64,000 nt of DNA from Octopus sinensis (GCF_006345805.1 NC_043001.1:67890001-67954000); one strand, 5' to 3'; positions 12,871 to 30,124 are shown, counted from the first letter of the stretch. The notes: generated by a model from the letters alone, not told the origin. Made by a program: numbers and translations.

Positions 12871-13739
12871 TTATGTCAGATACTTTCACTTTAACAATAA
12901 AAATTAGAGATAATAATAACAATTGAATTATATGTAGTAAGTAATAATTAAAATCAAACTAAAGTATAATATAATAATTAAATCGTAACATAATAATTAA
13001 AAGTAAAAATAGCAATTGGTATAAAATTGCATCAATGACTTTACCACGGCTTTTACATTAGATTATCTGCTAATTATCTAGCATTAAGTATCTATATGAA
13101 GTTTGGCTGTATGTAACGTCTGTTTTCTCGAACAGACGCTTCTACTGAATACTGCTGTTAGTTTATTTCTGATCCATAAAGGACCATAGCTTCAACTGAG
13201 TACTGCTTTTTGATTCACCGTAAGGTTTGTTGTTATTATTATTACTATTTAACTATTGTTATCACGTTTGTTGGTTCCTCGTAAGCGAAGCGTTGTTGTG
13301 TTGCATTTGTTAAATAATTGTAAACCGTAACCCTCCCCATTTGGGAGAAGGAGCTTTGGTTATTGTTTAAAAATTGAATTGTGTCCCTGTTTGGGGAAAT
13401 TGACAATATTTTCACCGTTTATACGGAAGCACTTTTGTTAGAATGTCTTCGATAGAAGAAAGTCCAAAAATGAATTTCGCTGCAGCCACCGGTGGGCGCG
13501 AACTCATTAAAATTAATATGGAAGAAATACAAACCTATTTCGGATTGATCACCGACAAAGACGGTGAATCTAGGATAACACCACCAAACGAAATAAAAGA
13601 TAAAATTAAAGAAAAGACTATTGTCTATAAAGGATACAATGTAGAGAAAAAAAGATTTGAACACCTGGAGGAAAGCACCATTGAAAAGTGTCTTGGTGCG
13701 ACTATGAAAGATATCAAGTATCTAATCAGAGGCAGTAAA

Positions 13740-15900
<2,161 letters not shown>

Positions 15901-17125
15901 TACACACACACACACATATATATGTACGTATGTATGCATGTATATATGTAATGTGAAATAATAGTTTCATGCTTAACAGTTTCACTTTGTATATATTATA
16001 TATATATTGAAAGTATTAATAGTGAAACTATTAAAAGTGAAACTATTATCTTGCATTACAATAAAGATGTTATTGTTTCCTTTTTAACGCGTAATACCGA
16101 AACAGTATAAGAGATTGCTCTAGGCTCGCATTGGGCAACAATTTGAAACTTTTGGGGCCCATGATACTCCATGGACCATAAGTGGTGTATGTGAAAAGCT
16201 GAATGAAATCGGTTGGGTAGTTCTGGAGTTTTAGTAATGCTCACAGACAGACAGTCAGACAATCTTAGTTGTATATATATAGATATATATGTGTGTGTGT
16301 GTTTGTGTGTGTTAGTGTGTGTGTGTTTGTGTTTGTATGTGTATGTTTATATTTATGTATATATATATATATATATATATATGCATTTATGAGTACACAC
16401 ATACTTTTATGCACCCACAACCGCACAACCACACATACACATACAGGCACACAAACACATACAAGCACACATATACATACACACGCACACGCGCGCACAC
16501 ACGCACCCATACAGACATACCTCACCTTACGTCGGTAATTGTTTCCAAGATATGCAACTTAACCCGAAAAACGATACTAAAAACATTTCAGAAACATTAT
16601 TAGCTTTCATTAGCTTTAACAGATGGTTTGTACATAATTTTACATGTATTTTATTTGAAATACTACTTCACTGTTGTTTTAGGTGTACATTAAATATGGT
16701 TGCTGAGTCTGGCGTAAAGTCGTATAAATCGACTGAAGTGGAAGTTCAGTTCCCATTAATTTCTTTTAAAAAATCGATGTTAGGTCGAAAAAGGCGTAAC
16801 TCTAAACGACGTAAGTTGAGTTACGCTGGTGCATATATATACATACATACATACGCGCGCGCGCACACACACACACAAAGATAGAGAGAGAAAGAGAAAG
16901 AGAGATAGAGAGAGAGTTTCAACTGCAAAACATTTCTTTCATCTCATGCCGACTGAAAATTACAACATGATCGGTACTCTAAGATTATCACCCCTTCGAG
17001 CGATGCTAAGCAGCATTGATGCCACCAGGAAGCCCAGGAGATCTGGGCTTACAATGTACCACACAATCTCTTTCCTCTCCATGCATCCCCTACAGCAAAC
17101 TTGATACTGCTTTATCTACGCAAAC

Positions 17126-17251
17126 CTGTAGCTAATTTGTTTTGCTTCGCTGTCCACGTTGGTCTTGTTTTCTGCTTCTTTTACCAAGTCTTGAATTATG
17201 GTTTTGTTGTGCGTCCAAAGTTTGATTCCAAACCAATACGACTCAATAAAT
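17126..17251 (-). CDS. Candidate internal coding exon of an unidentified host gene (126 nt, phase 2-2)
   Basis: tttatctag|A TTT ATT GAG...TAC AG|gtttgc. Stop-free: FIESYWFGIKLWTHNKTIIQDLVKEAENKTNVDSEAKQISY. The sequence appears unique within the window. Confidence 0.45.
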
Positions 17252-17389
17252 CTAGATAAAGACATATGGCATCCTACCTATATGCACATGTAGGTGGTTG
17301 ATGTATGCATGCACGTATATACGCATGTATGCACGTTTGTACACACGAATGTGTATATATATATATAGTTTATTTTATTTACTAAAGCC

Positions 17390-17818
17390 TATTCCCCATA
17401 GGATTGGGTAGCCACAACAAAAAACATACCAGGCATTCCATTTATTTCTCAGCTCAAAGAGACGAGCCCCGAACTACGCTTGGGTCAAGGCATAGAAAGC
17501 AACCCCCAATATCAGCAGCGGGACCCGACAGCATATGCTGGTTTACCCCGCCGCATCATACTGGTTCCGTAGCAGCATCAATTCATTCATCTATCCGTAA
17601 ACACTCTCCAAGTTTTCCCATCATTTACAAACTCTCTTGCCTTTCTCACTCCAATACCTCTAACCGCCAAAGTTTTCCTCACTCCATCCATCCACACAAC
17701 CGAGGTCTACTGGTTCTGCTACGTACCACTTCTACCTTCATCACACTCCTTACCATCCTCTCCTCATCCGTCCTCTCCATATGGCCAAACTACGTCAACA
17801 TTCGGCTACCCATTCTGG
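17390..17818 (-). mobile_element. RTE-clade LINE 3' fragment with 3' UTR
   Basis: FGHMERTDEERMVRSVMKVEVVRSRT.RPRL...DGVRKTLAVRGIG...DGKTWRVF on the minus strand with frameshifts. Confidence 0.7.
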
Positions 17819-17852
17819 TATACATACATACATACATACATACATACATACA

Positions 17853-17886
<34 letters not shown>

Positions 17887-17936
17887 CATACATACATATA
17901 TACATACGTACATACATACATACATACATACATACA

Positions 17937-17984
<48 letters not shown>

Positions 17985-18132
17985 CATACATGCATATTGA
18001 AAAAAATATGATTATTTCTTTTCTACTATTGTGGTTGTTTGCATCCTCTGCAGTTGGTATTCATAGTGCAATTGGATGAAGACCCAAATAGAAATATAAC
18101 AATACCAATATTGACAAATGCACACACACACA

Positions 18133-18177
<45 letters not shown>

Positions 18178-18482
18178 GAAAACCACAAACATTAGATGAC
18201 AGTCCACATTTCAAGCCCCACCACCAATCGTACACTATGTAGTTTAGTTATTTCTGACTTACAAAATTGCAGACCACACAGATCTTTGGTTTAAACTTCC
18301 AGATAAATAGTTATCTTGCCAGTGGGATGTTTTCTTACCGACAGAATTTCCGTTTCAGTAAGATCGAAGAGATGCGAACCTTACGGCAGTAGATCTTGTT
18401 TCTTTATAATGTAACACATGGTATACACACTGGTGTTAGGTGTTAGGAAAACTATTTTATTTTTGCATAGTATTATCTAGAG

Positions 18483-18737
18483 CAGTGGTTCTCAACCATA
18501 TTTTGATTGTGGACCCCTTTTGACTCCTGTCTTACTCTACTGGATCCCCGATAGCCATTCAATGTTTAAATAAGTCCTATTATATTTTTATGATTTAGTA
18601 TTATTAGGAATTGTGTAAAATATTGTTGAAGCATTTTGTGCATTGAAGAAGTATAACCAATTTTATTGCACGTTTATTTTGAACAAAATCTCATATGGAG
18701 TCCCAAGGGTCATATGGGCCCCAGCTGAGAACCACTA
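18483..18737. mobile_element. hAT (Charlie-like) MITE with 8-bp TSD
   Basis: TIRs CAGTGGTTCTCA / TGAGAACCACTA; the TSD ATCTAGAG is identical at 18475-18482 and 18738-18745. Confidence 0.85.
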
Positions 18738-18884
18738 ATCTAGAGCTTCTCAATTATAATCTGGCGTTTAGCTACTATTGTCTAGGATTTACCAATTATT
18801 ATCTAGAGTTTGTCTATTATTATCTGATTATCTGGGTTTGCATGTTATCTAGAGTTTGCATATTTTCATTATCTAGGGTTGAAG

Positions 18885-19465
18885 GCGGTGAGCAGGCAAA
18901 ACTGCTGGCACGTTGGATAAAAAGCTTAGAAGATTTTCGCCCGTCTTTACTTTCTGAGTTCAAATTTCGCTAAGGTCGACTTCGCTTTCATCCAGTTGGA
19001 GTAAAAAAAATAAGCACCAGTCGAGCACTGGGGTCGATGTAATCGACTATCCTCCTCCACAAAAGTTTTAGCCTTGTATCTATAGAGGAAAGGATTATTA
19101 CTGAAGGTTTGTCTATTATTTTATAGGGCATGTACTTTATTATCTAGGGTTTGCCTATTATTATATAGGGTTTGTATATTATTGTTTTGGGGTTTCCTGT
19201 TATCTAAAATTTATATAGTATCTAGAGTTTGTGTAATATTTACTGGTAAGGCTGCGTGCTAGCTGAATCGTTAGCATTCCGGGCAAAATGCTTAGAGGTA
19301 TTTCGTCCGTCTTTACGTTCTGAGTTCAATTGCCACCGGGGTCGACTTTGCTTTTATCCTTTCGGGGTCGATAAAATACAGACTATCTGAGCATTGGGGC
19401 CGATTTAATCGTCTTAGTCTCTCCTCGGAAAAACTGGCGTTGTGCTAAAATTTGAAACTAATATA
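18885..19465 (+). mobile_element. Two SINE family B copies embedded in a TATTATCTAGRGTTTG minisatellite
   Basis: GGCGGTGAGCAGGCA...GAGTTCAAATTTC at about 18885-19095 and GCTGCGTGCTAGCTGAA...GAGTTCAATTGC at about 19245-19465. Confidence 0.75.
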
Positions 19466-19589
19466 TTATCTAGGCTAATGTACATAGCAAAAAATTTTCA
19501 GCTGGTGGGTAGTGGAAATATTTCTACGCATTTTAAAAATTCCCACGTATTTTAGTAATTTAAATGTATAAAAGAAGAGGGTGTGATCA

Positions 19590-19960
19590 TCAATATTTCT
19601 GAAATTCACTGACATGGTATTGTCATTACCAAAGTATGTTCCAAGTTTATCTGAAGTAGCCGTCCTCAGCTTCCACTATGGCCTCAATATAGCTCTGGAA
19701 CCTGGTGCATGCGTTCCTAACTGTGTTCCCAAGAAGGTCTTTGAGCAGCTTTTTCATCTTGGTCATCAGCTTGGTTCTGGCGTTGCAGGCAGAGTGGTTG
19801 GTGTCTTTTTCAGCTGTGCTCCACACATTCATGGGATTACAATCGGAGGAAAAAGGGAGGCCAGAAATTGGGGTTAGTGAAGTCGTAGAAAATTCTCCGA
19901 CAACTACTTGTGACTCTTTCTGGAGGTATGGCAAGGAGCTGAATCCTGCTACCACACATA
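19590..19960 (-). mobile_element. Tc1/mariner-superfamily transposase C-terminal remnant
   Basis: QDSAPCHT...FWPPFSSDCNPMNVWS...CTRFQSYIEAIVEAEDGYF, DDE/D catalytic region motifs. Confidence 0.75.
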
Positions 19961-20321
19961 ATGCCTTCCAGTATCAATCCTCTTCATCCAGGGTTTGACC
20001 ACAGTTTCCAACAGTTTCATATAGCCGTCTAAATTGAGTCTAATCTAATCCCCTGCTTATCAGTGTTGAATGAGCGCCGGTGGGCAAACACAATCAGTAC
20101 GCGCAATCGCATAATTATATGTATGCATGTAGCTATGATAGAACAAAATTTGAACAGGCAGTTAGAGGGCATTAAATCAAGTGATAACATATTTATATAA
20201 CATATTGAGGAGAGATCAATGTAGCTGGAAAGCAAGGAGATCGAAACAGTGAAACTGCATAAGTGATTCTGTATAGCAAGATACATATTACAGGCAGATC
20301 CGTGCATTCTACTTTCATATA

Positions 20322-21571
20322 TTAGGTTGTTTCACACGAAACGTCGTATTTGAAAGGTAACAATAAAATGTTTCAGAAGTGTTAGAGAACTGATTTATTT
20401 AATCAAAGTATGATCCGTGTTCACTTATGACGTTTACTCAACATTTCTCTATGTCATATATTCCATCTTTAAAAAGAAAATTCATTTTTTGCTGTGATAA
20501 ACTATCCGAATGCTTCAATTACGTCTTCTCTATTTAAGAATATTTTATTGCTTTTGAAAAGCTCAAAATGCTTGAATAAGTGATGATCATTAGGAGAGAT
20601 ATCAGGGGAATAAGGAGGATGTTGCAAAATCTCATAATTCAGGATTTGCAACTTTTGGGCCGTAGCTTCAGGAGTGCGGGGACGTGCATTGTCGTGGAGC
20701 AAAATTGGACCACCTCTATTCACTAGTCTGGGTTGCTTCATTTTCAAATTCTCATGCATGCAATCAATTTACTGGCAATATGATGTGCTGTTACCATTTT
20801 TCCTTGTTGCAAAAATAAATAATAAACTCCCTTTGCAGACCACCATACAGTGGCCACTAACTTTTTAGGGTGCAATGGTAAGTTTGGGTAGTGTTTAGGT
20901 GACTCTCCTGCATCTAATCACTGTCCTGTTCTCCTGCTGTTGTCAAAGAGCAAAGAGTATCTTTTCTCATCACAAGTAATGATTTGGTGCAAAAATCATC
21001 TTTTTCCAGTTTGGAAAGCAATAAGGACCAGATTCCGAGGCATACGTTATTTTAAATCTCGTTCAGTTGATGTGGAACAAACTTATCTGCTTTCTTGACT
21101 TTTCCAATTTTTTACAGGTGTCCAAAAACAGTTGTATGAGATGTTTGGAGTTCTGATGAAAGTTTTCGAATCTTTGTTCTCGGATTTTGTTCAATTAAAG
21201 CATTTAATCCATCATGCCGAATAACTCATTTTGGCCTGCCCCTTGGTTTATTTTCAAGGCTATCATTTCCTGAACGAGAGATATGGAACCATCTCTGAAT
21301 AGTTCTGATGTCAACAAAACCATTATCAAAAGTCCGCTTGATATTCCGTAGAGCTTCTGCGGCAGAGTGACCAAGTTTGTACTCAAACGAGAAAATCACT
21401 CAACATAGATTGGTTGGAATCATTGTCATAAGGTCCGTGGGTACGAATTTTGTAATCCAATATTGCTGGGAAAGAAAAAGAGTCAAGATTAAATGCAAGG
21501 TATAAATAATGGAGTTTTTAAATGATTGAAATAACAAGTAATTAAAGATGCGACATTTCATATGAATCAAC

Positions 21572-21575
<4 letters not shown>
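20322..21575 (-). mobile_element. Mariner (DD34D-type) transposon, near full length (1254 bp), pseudogenised
   Basis: Imperfect TIRs of about 28 bp (TTAGGTTG.TTCA.A.GAAA.GTCG.AT) flanked by TA. Transposase motifs ILLHDNARP and HPPYSPDISPND. Confidence 0.9.
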
Positions 21576-21656
<81 letters not shown>

Positions 21657-21711
21657 ATATATATATATATATTATATATAATATATTATATATATATATA
21701 TAATATATAAA

Positions 21712-22560
21712 TGAATAAATAAATAAATGGAGTTGAACGAAGATCTTAATAAAATTCTTTTACTTTCGACATATGTTTCGAAGACAAAATGGTTTTATTC
21801 CAAAGGAATAAACGGTGTAAAATGCAATCTTCTCATCAGGAAAGAAAGAGAGCCTCTCTTAACAACAAGACATTATAACAATTACGATGATTACCTACAT
21901 GATATACAGAACGTTATTAAATATTTAAAAAAAACCGTTAGTAGATTTCACGTCAAAGGCAGATAGTGGGAAGAGAAGGGTTAAAGGAATAATAAGTAGA
22001 GAACAAATAGAGAGAGATACGTTGATTAAAAAAATGTTCAAAGGCTTAGAAATAGACTTCTCTATTGAAGTAAAGTGCAAGTTAAACTAATTGTTCAAAC
22101 TATAAAGACTGGCGAAATCACTTATATGAGTAAAATGTATGTTTCTGCCATTGTTTACATTTGTACGATCACTCTATAAATGTGTTTACAAGGGGATTCT
22201 TAGAGAAGAGAATATGGATGAGTTCAGAGTTACAAATGTTACAAAATCTCTTGCCCTTATCGAAAGGAAAGGATACGAACAGGATGAACCAATCAAACTT
22301 AAAATCTCTATTGTTGTCTTTAAGATGCCAAACTAATTTACTTAGCCCTGTACTATGGCGTTTTTTGCTATCCCTAAATGATGAATAATGATTTGAAATT
22401 CTCTTGGATAACTGGGAAGTGGACGCGCCTATGTAGAAGAAGACATCAGTACCGGGAGAAATTTTACACTGGTATATAGAATTCTTGATCTTAGAATTAT
22501 TAGACAAAAATTTAATTCTGTTGGGGTTGTCCTCAGAGATCGAAACCAAGTTTTTATTGC

Positions 22561-22628
<68 letters not shown>

Positions 22629-23387
22629 GAGGGGTTGGAATTAACGAGATTAATGTTGGCACTCCCAGATAAAGAACCTTTATTTAGCAGATTGGTATTG
22701 TGAGTAGATATAATTTGTGAGGGATTCTTAGTGTTGGAGAAAGCGACTCTAACTTTGTGAGAGTTGATAATCGAATAATATCTAGAATTTTTTGGTAAGT
22801 TCCTAGCAACCGCTTCACGGAACTGCAATGGAAGGTTCGATTTAATTTGTTTTCCAAATGGAATTACGAACCAGATACTTTTCCTAGTGACTTTTAAATT
22901 GTAAGTGAAATTATCTATAAAGGTAGGGGAAAAATTTCTTTGGTGGAAATTTGAGGTTAAATAACGCTTACCTCCCCTAGTCCGTAAAGAATTTATATTA
23001 TGTATTGCGCTGCTTACACTATTAGAATTAAAATCACTCTTACTATTACAACTAGGTATTTTGCCTTGAGAAGTAGATATAGGAGTATATTGAGCAGAAT
23101 CAATGTATGACACTTTCTCTTTATAGCCAGCTTTTATCAAGGCGGCATTATAGAAGTCTGCCTTTTCGTTAAAAATGTCAACATTGGCGGATAATTTAGA
23201 TAAACTAAGTGAAATATTTTAAACTAAATTATTAGTAATTGCCTTAGCGTGATTATTGTAAAGACTAATATATTTGAGATTTGTGGAAGCTTTATGGTAT
23301 GGGAAGTACGAGTTATTTTGTAAATTGAGAGTAATGTCTAAGAAGTTGGCTTTAGTTAACTCATAGCCTTCTTGGCTAGTTAATGGG
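21712..23387 (-). mobile_element. Penelope-like element 3' half (RT thumb, poly-Asn linker, GIY-YIG, pLTR with HHR)
   Basis: NFLDITLNL..SYFPYHK..LKYI (PLE RT C-terminus, one stop) continues into ORF 22169..23140 with SIYQC...YIGASTSQLSKRISNH and FCNICNSE. It is truncated at the Dong junction. Confidence 0.9.
21763..21844 (-). ncRNA. Type I hammerhead ribozyme, apparently intact
   Basis: ctttc-CTGATGA-gaaga...tcttc-GAAAC-ATAT-GTC-gaaag. Stems I and II are perfect 5 bp, stem III is the palindrome ACATATGT, the triplet is GUC, and loop II contains an extra TTTATTCC/GGAATAAA hairpin. Confidence 0.9.
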
Positions 23388-25610
23388 TTAACATTCCTGC
23401 TTCCAAAAAGTGAAGAAACAAATGAACCAAAAAACTATAGACCCATAACCTGCTTAACAGCTATGTATAAAACGCTAGCATCTATCCTGACGGAATATAC
23501 CTATAGTTTTTTAACAGACAGCAGCATATTCCTAAATGAACAAAGATTGTCACAAACGACACAAAAACTTAGCAATAGCCTGGATAGACTATAAAAAGGC
23601 TTTTGATAGCCTACCACATAGCTAGATTAAGAAATGCCTGGAAATGTATAAAATAGCACCTACTCTGCGAAACTTTTTGTCTGTAAGTATGAGATCATGG
23701 AGAACCACACTAACTTTGAACAGTGACAATGAATCTCTAAATGCTGGTGATGTAAAAATTTCATGTGGTATTTTTCAGGGTGACTCACTATCACCACTCC
23801 TCTTTTGTTTAGCCTTAATACCTCTCTCAAAATTGCTCAATGACGCGCAGTACGGATATAAAATGTTTGATAAAAATATAAATCATCTCATTTACATGGA
23901 TGATTTAAAGCTCTTTGCAAAAAATGACCAACAACTCAAGGGCTTACTAGCGATTGTTAAACAATTCAGTGATGACATCAGAATGCAATTTGGCCTCGAT
24001 AAATGTGCAAAAGCTACCTTTATCAAAGTAAAAATGACAGAAACATCTAACGTTAACCTTGACCAGCAGAATGTCATAAAAGAATTAGACCCAACGGAGA
24101 GCTACAAGTACCTAGGGGTAATTGAAGGGGACGGAATAAGGCATTCAGTGATGAAGGAAAGGATCGGGAGAGAATGTTATCGCAGAGTAAGAGCAATACT
24201 CAAGACAGAGCTGAATGCGAGAAGCAGGATCGAAGCGATCAATGCTTTAGCCATACCAGTCGTGACTTACAGTTTCAATATCGTTAACTGGTCAATTACT
24301 GAAATATGTAATCTTGACAGAAAAATACGAAAACTGTTCACAAGGCAGATGCAGAACGACTTTATCTGCCAAGTAAAGAGGGAGGCCGTGGACTTTTACA
24401 ACTGGCAATAACAATGAAGATTGCTACAATTGGCCTAGACACCTACCTGAAAAACTCTGAGGACTGGATGTTAAAACTTGTCTCAAAACATGAAAACAAG
24501 AAAGCATCATAGTCAGTAACAAAACAGGCAAAGGAGTATCTAAGTGAATTCCGAATACAACAAATTTCGGAATTAGACAAACAAGAAACAAGCATAGAAA
24601 AAGCTAAGCTCATGAAAACCCGTGCTAAAACTGCTGACTTAGATATTCTGAATGATAAATGGCAAGAAAAACCTCTCTATGGCAAATATCCAAAGAGAGC
24701 GAATAACGCAGATGTTGACAAAGCCCTGACCCATCAATGGCTAATGGCCTCTGGCTTAAAATCTGAAACAGAAGGGTTTATCATAGCAGCTCAAGATCAA
24801 TGCCTACCAACAAAGGAACTACCAGGCCAACATATTAAAGAACGGCAGTAGCCCAACATGTCGTATATGTCAACGACAAAATGAAACCATTGATCATGTT
24901 GTCTCCAAGTGTAGTCTTCCAGCGCCTACAGAGTATCTCAACAGGCATGATTGACCTGCACAATATATTCACTGGGTTATTTGCAAAAACCTGGATTTGT
25001 CCAATGAAAAAAACTGGTGGGAACACAAACCACCTCCAGTGCTTGAAAATGACCACATCTCACTCCTCTGGAACTTCACCATTCAAACTGACAGAAAGAT
25101 AGATGCAAATAAGCCAGACATCATATTGAAAAACTTCAGACAAAGAACATGCCTCCTCATTGATATGACTGTCCCGATCGATATAAACGTATCTGTTAAG
25201 ACCTACCAAAAACTGAGCAAATATAAAGATCTTGAAATAGAAATCAGCAAAATGTGGAACCTGAAGACTAAAACAATACCTGTTGTCATAGTTGCCCTGG
25301 GAATGATAGCAAAAGGGGCTGATTGCTACCTAACTCAGGTGCCAGGAAACCCCAAAATGGCAGAAATTCAAAAGATAGTGCTCATGGGAACTGCTGATAT
25401 CCTACGCAAAATACTTTCTATGTAATCTCAAGTTTTAAAACAAACATAGTTTTCGTTTTTTTTAGACATTCACTAGTACAACACTAAATACAAAACCAAA
25501 TATATGGCACACTAGGCATAACAACATGAACTTCCAACCTGTTGTCTCTTGAGGTCTCTGGGTGAGACTTGGAGCCAACATGTACAAATATAAAGCAAAA
25601 GTCAAACATA

Positions 25611-25673
<63 letters not shown>

Positions 25674-25690
25674 TAATAATAATAATAAAT
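23388..25690 (+). mobile_element. Dong/R4-clade non-LTR retrotransposon (RT, CCHC, restriction-like endonuclease), 5'-truncated, (AAT)n tail
   Basis: NYRPITCL, GIFQGDSLSPLLF, YMDDLKL, RLYLPSKEGGRG, CRICQRQNETIDHVVSKC, KPDIILK...IDMTVP...KLSKYKDL. The 3' UTR ends in (AAT)n at about 25611-25690. Several frameshifts and stops. Confidence 0.9.
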
Positions 25691-26243
25691 GCCCTGATCC
25701 AGTACCAGGCAGTGGCTCTCATGGCTTCTGATCTTAACTGATTGGAAGTGTTATCATGTACATTGTTTTGTCTTGGTATAAAAGATGGGCTACAGCAAAT
25801 ATTCTGCTCAATACCACAGATTTGCTTGTCAGTTGTTTGGCCTTAACCAGTTAAGCATGTCCCTTAGTGGCTGACGATATGTGCATCTCTGATCACGAGC
25901 AGAAGTAGTGGGGGAGCATCATGGCCATGTGTTGAGAGGGATTCTTTGGGGTTTGAATAATTCACCTCTGGAAACATAGGTGTTTCGTTCAACATCCTAA
26001 AGCAACCCTTATTCAGGGACCTTTTGAGCAGGATGGGCTACTCAACCTGAAGAAAATTCTAACTGGGCTCCACCTGCAAGGTCATTTGCTGTTTATCTTG
26101 ATATGAGATCACCATGTCGCGCACATATGGTTGTGATGCATGTGCCTGGTGTACCTTTATCAGACGGGTAGTCATGATGGGTATATTGGGCTTCGTATAT
26201 TTTACCCCAGTGTCACTTTGATGGCATGAACTGCTCTCTCACT
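25691..26243 (+). mobile_element. About 550-bp non-coding retroposon flanked on both sides by (AAT)n
   Basis: Bounded by AAT arrays; a diverged inverted copy lies at 28362-28912. Confidence 0.75.
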
Positions 26244-27430
<1,187 letters not shown>

Positions 27431-27446
27431 GATATATATATCTATA

Positions 27447-27488
<42 letters not shown>

Positions 27489-28361
27489 TATCTATGTATA
27501 TTAAGACAAAACTGATTATTCCACGAATCAAAATCTCTATCACTCTCTAACGGTATTACAAATTCTTATAAAACCTAATCCACAATACATCCAATAAAAT
27601 CATCAACTAAAATTACACGAATGAACTAAAATTAAATGCTGATTGGCGTAGTCCATACATAACAGTAAAAGATCATAAGGTAAACATCAATACAAACCCT
27701 AAATGTGAGTTAATAAAACATAGCATAGCATAGCAATTTCTTACAAATCAAACAAACTGCATATCTCTATGGAACACTAGTGTCAATTATACTTTGTTGA
27801 ATCTCGTGGATATATTGTTATCTTTGGTTTAGTCAGAGAATGGTCTACTTCATTTTATCGCATATTTTCTTGTTTCTCTCCGTCTATTATTTATGTATTC
27901 GTTACCTCACATTTTCTTATTCACTATCATATCGAGAACATATTTTTTCATTAGGTACCGTTATCTTTCGTTAGTGTACAACTATTAACAAATGAAGATT
28001 TGTTCAAACTTTACCAATGTAGTCATTTAGTAGTAAAATATCATCACAGATAGATTATGTCTTTAATTTCATTCTATAGTTAAGAGTGTTCACTTCTTGA
28101 TGTAAAGTGAAAAATAATAGATAACAACTCTCAGAAGAGGTGACAAGTATATAACAAGGGATATAGCTTTCAGAGATGTGGTTTCCTAAGATTAGACATA
28201 CAATACTATATAGGTGGACTTGTACAACCTAATGAATCGTATATTTCAAACAAAATACAATTTCAAAGGAATTATTTATTCCATGGCTTTCTATCAACTT
28301 CTAACCATCTTACAGCTTTCAAAATAGCTATGGAATTTCCGGGTATTTATTATTATAATTA

Positions 28362-28912
28362 TTGAGAGGGCAGCGCATGCCATCAAAGCGACACTGGGGT
28401 AAAATATACGAAGCCCAATACACCCATGATGATTACCCGTCTGATAAGGGTACACTAGGCAATTGCATCACAACCATATGTGCGTGACATGGTGATTTCA
28501 CATCAAGATAAACAGCGCATGACCTTGCTGGTGGGGCCCATTTAGAATTTTCTTCAGGTCGAGTAGCCCATCTCATTCAGAAGGTCCCTGAATAACGTTT
28601 GTTGAAGGATGATAAATGAAACACCTGTGTTTCCAAAGGCGAATTATTCAACCCCCAAAGAATTCCTCTCAACACATAGCTATGATGCTCCCAAAATACT
28701 TCTGTTCGTGATCAGAGATGTACACATCATCAGCTACTAAGAGACATGCTCAACTGGTTAAGGTCAAGCAACTGACAAGCAAATCTGTGGTATTGAGCAG
28801 AATATTTGCTATAGTTCATCTTTTATACCAAGACAAAACATGTACATGATAACACTTCCAATCAACTAAGATCAAAAGCCATGGAAACCACTGCCTGATA
28901 CAGCATCTGTGC
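28362..28912 (-). mobile_element. Diverged copy of the 550-bp (AAT)-tailed element
   Basis: Reverse-complement similarity to 25691-26243 along its whole length, with a short AAT tail at about 28345-28362. Confidence 0.8.
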
Positions 28913-29194
28913 AAATCCAGTACCCAAGATACACGTTCAGCTTTATGCCTATTATTATTGCAGCAACATGATACACACTAACCCGTCTGGAGTAAAGTAT
29001 GGCTGAACTTGGAATCTTGGAGAGAAAATGCAAATCCTTAATTCATATGCTACAAATGGTCACGATATCTGGGATTATAAAAATTTGTTACACTTTCTCA
29101 AGATTTAAAAAATGATGGTTAAAAGAAGATATTTTCCCCACGCCGGTCAAAATTTACTCTAAAGTTAAAAAAGAGAGCATACATGTATACATAC

Positions 29195-29410
29195 ATGGTG
29201 GCTGCCCCCTCGTATGGCCATTGCACGAAGCTTAATCAATGTTGTTATCGTGCATTGCCTGTGCAAGAAGATTTTTTTTAAAGTGAGGAAAGGCTGTGCA
29301 CTGAGTTAATCCCACTCACTAAGCAACAGCAGCCATAATCCGAAAAGATGAACAAGTCAACATCATCGGTAACCACTGAGGCGCAGGTTTTATGTCGGAG
29401 TTACCTTCAT
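29195..29410 (+). mobile_element. Unclassified short retroposon with (ATAC)n tail
   Basis: A GC-richer segment of about 210 bp running directly into an ATAC microsatellite. Confidence 0.4.
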
Positions 29411-29938
29411 ACATACATACATACATACATACATACATGCATACATACATACATACATACATACATACATACATACAAACATACATACATACATGCATAC
29501 ATACATACATATATGAATGCATACATATATACATGCATACATACATACATGAATGCATGCATACATACACACACTTACATAGATATAGATATTTACGTGT
29601 GTGCACGCAAACGTGAATACGTCTGTCTATGTAGATTTCTTCAAATATACACACAAACACACACACTTATAAAAAAATGTACATGTCTATATCTGTCTAT
29701 CTGTATGTATGTACGCATGTATGTATGTATGTATGTATGTGTGTATGTTATATATACACACACATAAATGCACACACATATGTATATGTATGCAGGTATG
29801 TATGGATGTATGCATGCTTGTATGTATAAATGTATCTATGTCTCTCTGTATGTGTTTGTATGTGAGTGTATGCGTGCGTATGTTTGTGTGTTTGTGCATG
29901 CCTGTATGTTATACATCTATAAACAAGGTACATGTATT

Positions 29939-30027
<89 letters not shown>

Positions 30028-30034
30028 TTATCTA

Positions 30035-30067
<33 letters not shown>

Positions 30068-30076
30068 ATAGATGTG

Positions 30077-30124
<48 letters not shown>

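Noticed and set aside
21727-21966. Apparently conserved MELNED... ORF (also 1118..1330)
   Set aside because: It is antisense to the PLE pLTR. The similarity is explained by the conserved 20-nt DNA block and the HHR, and the peptides diverge right afterwards.
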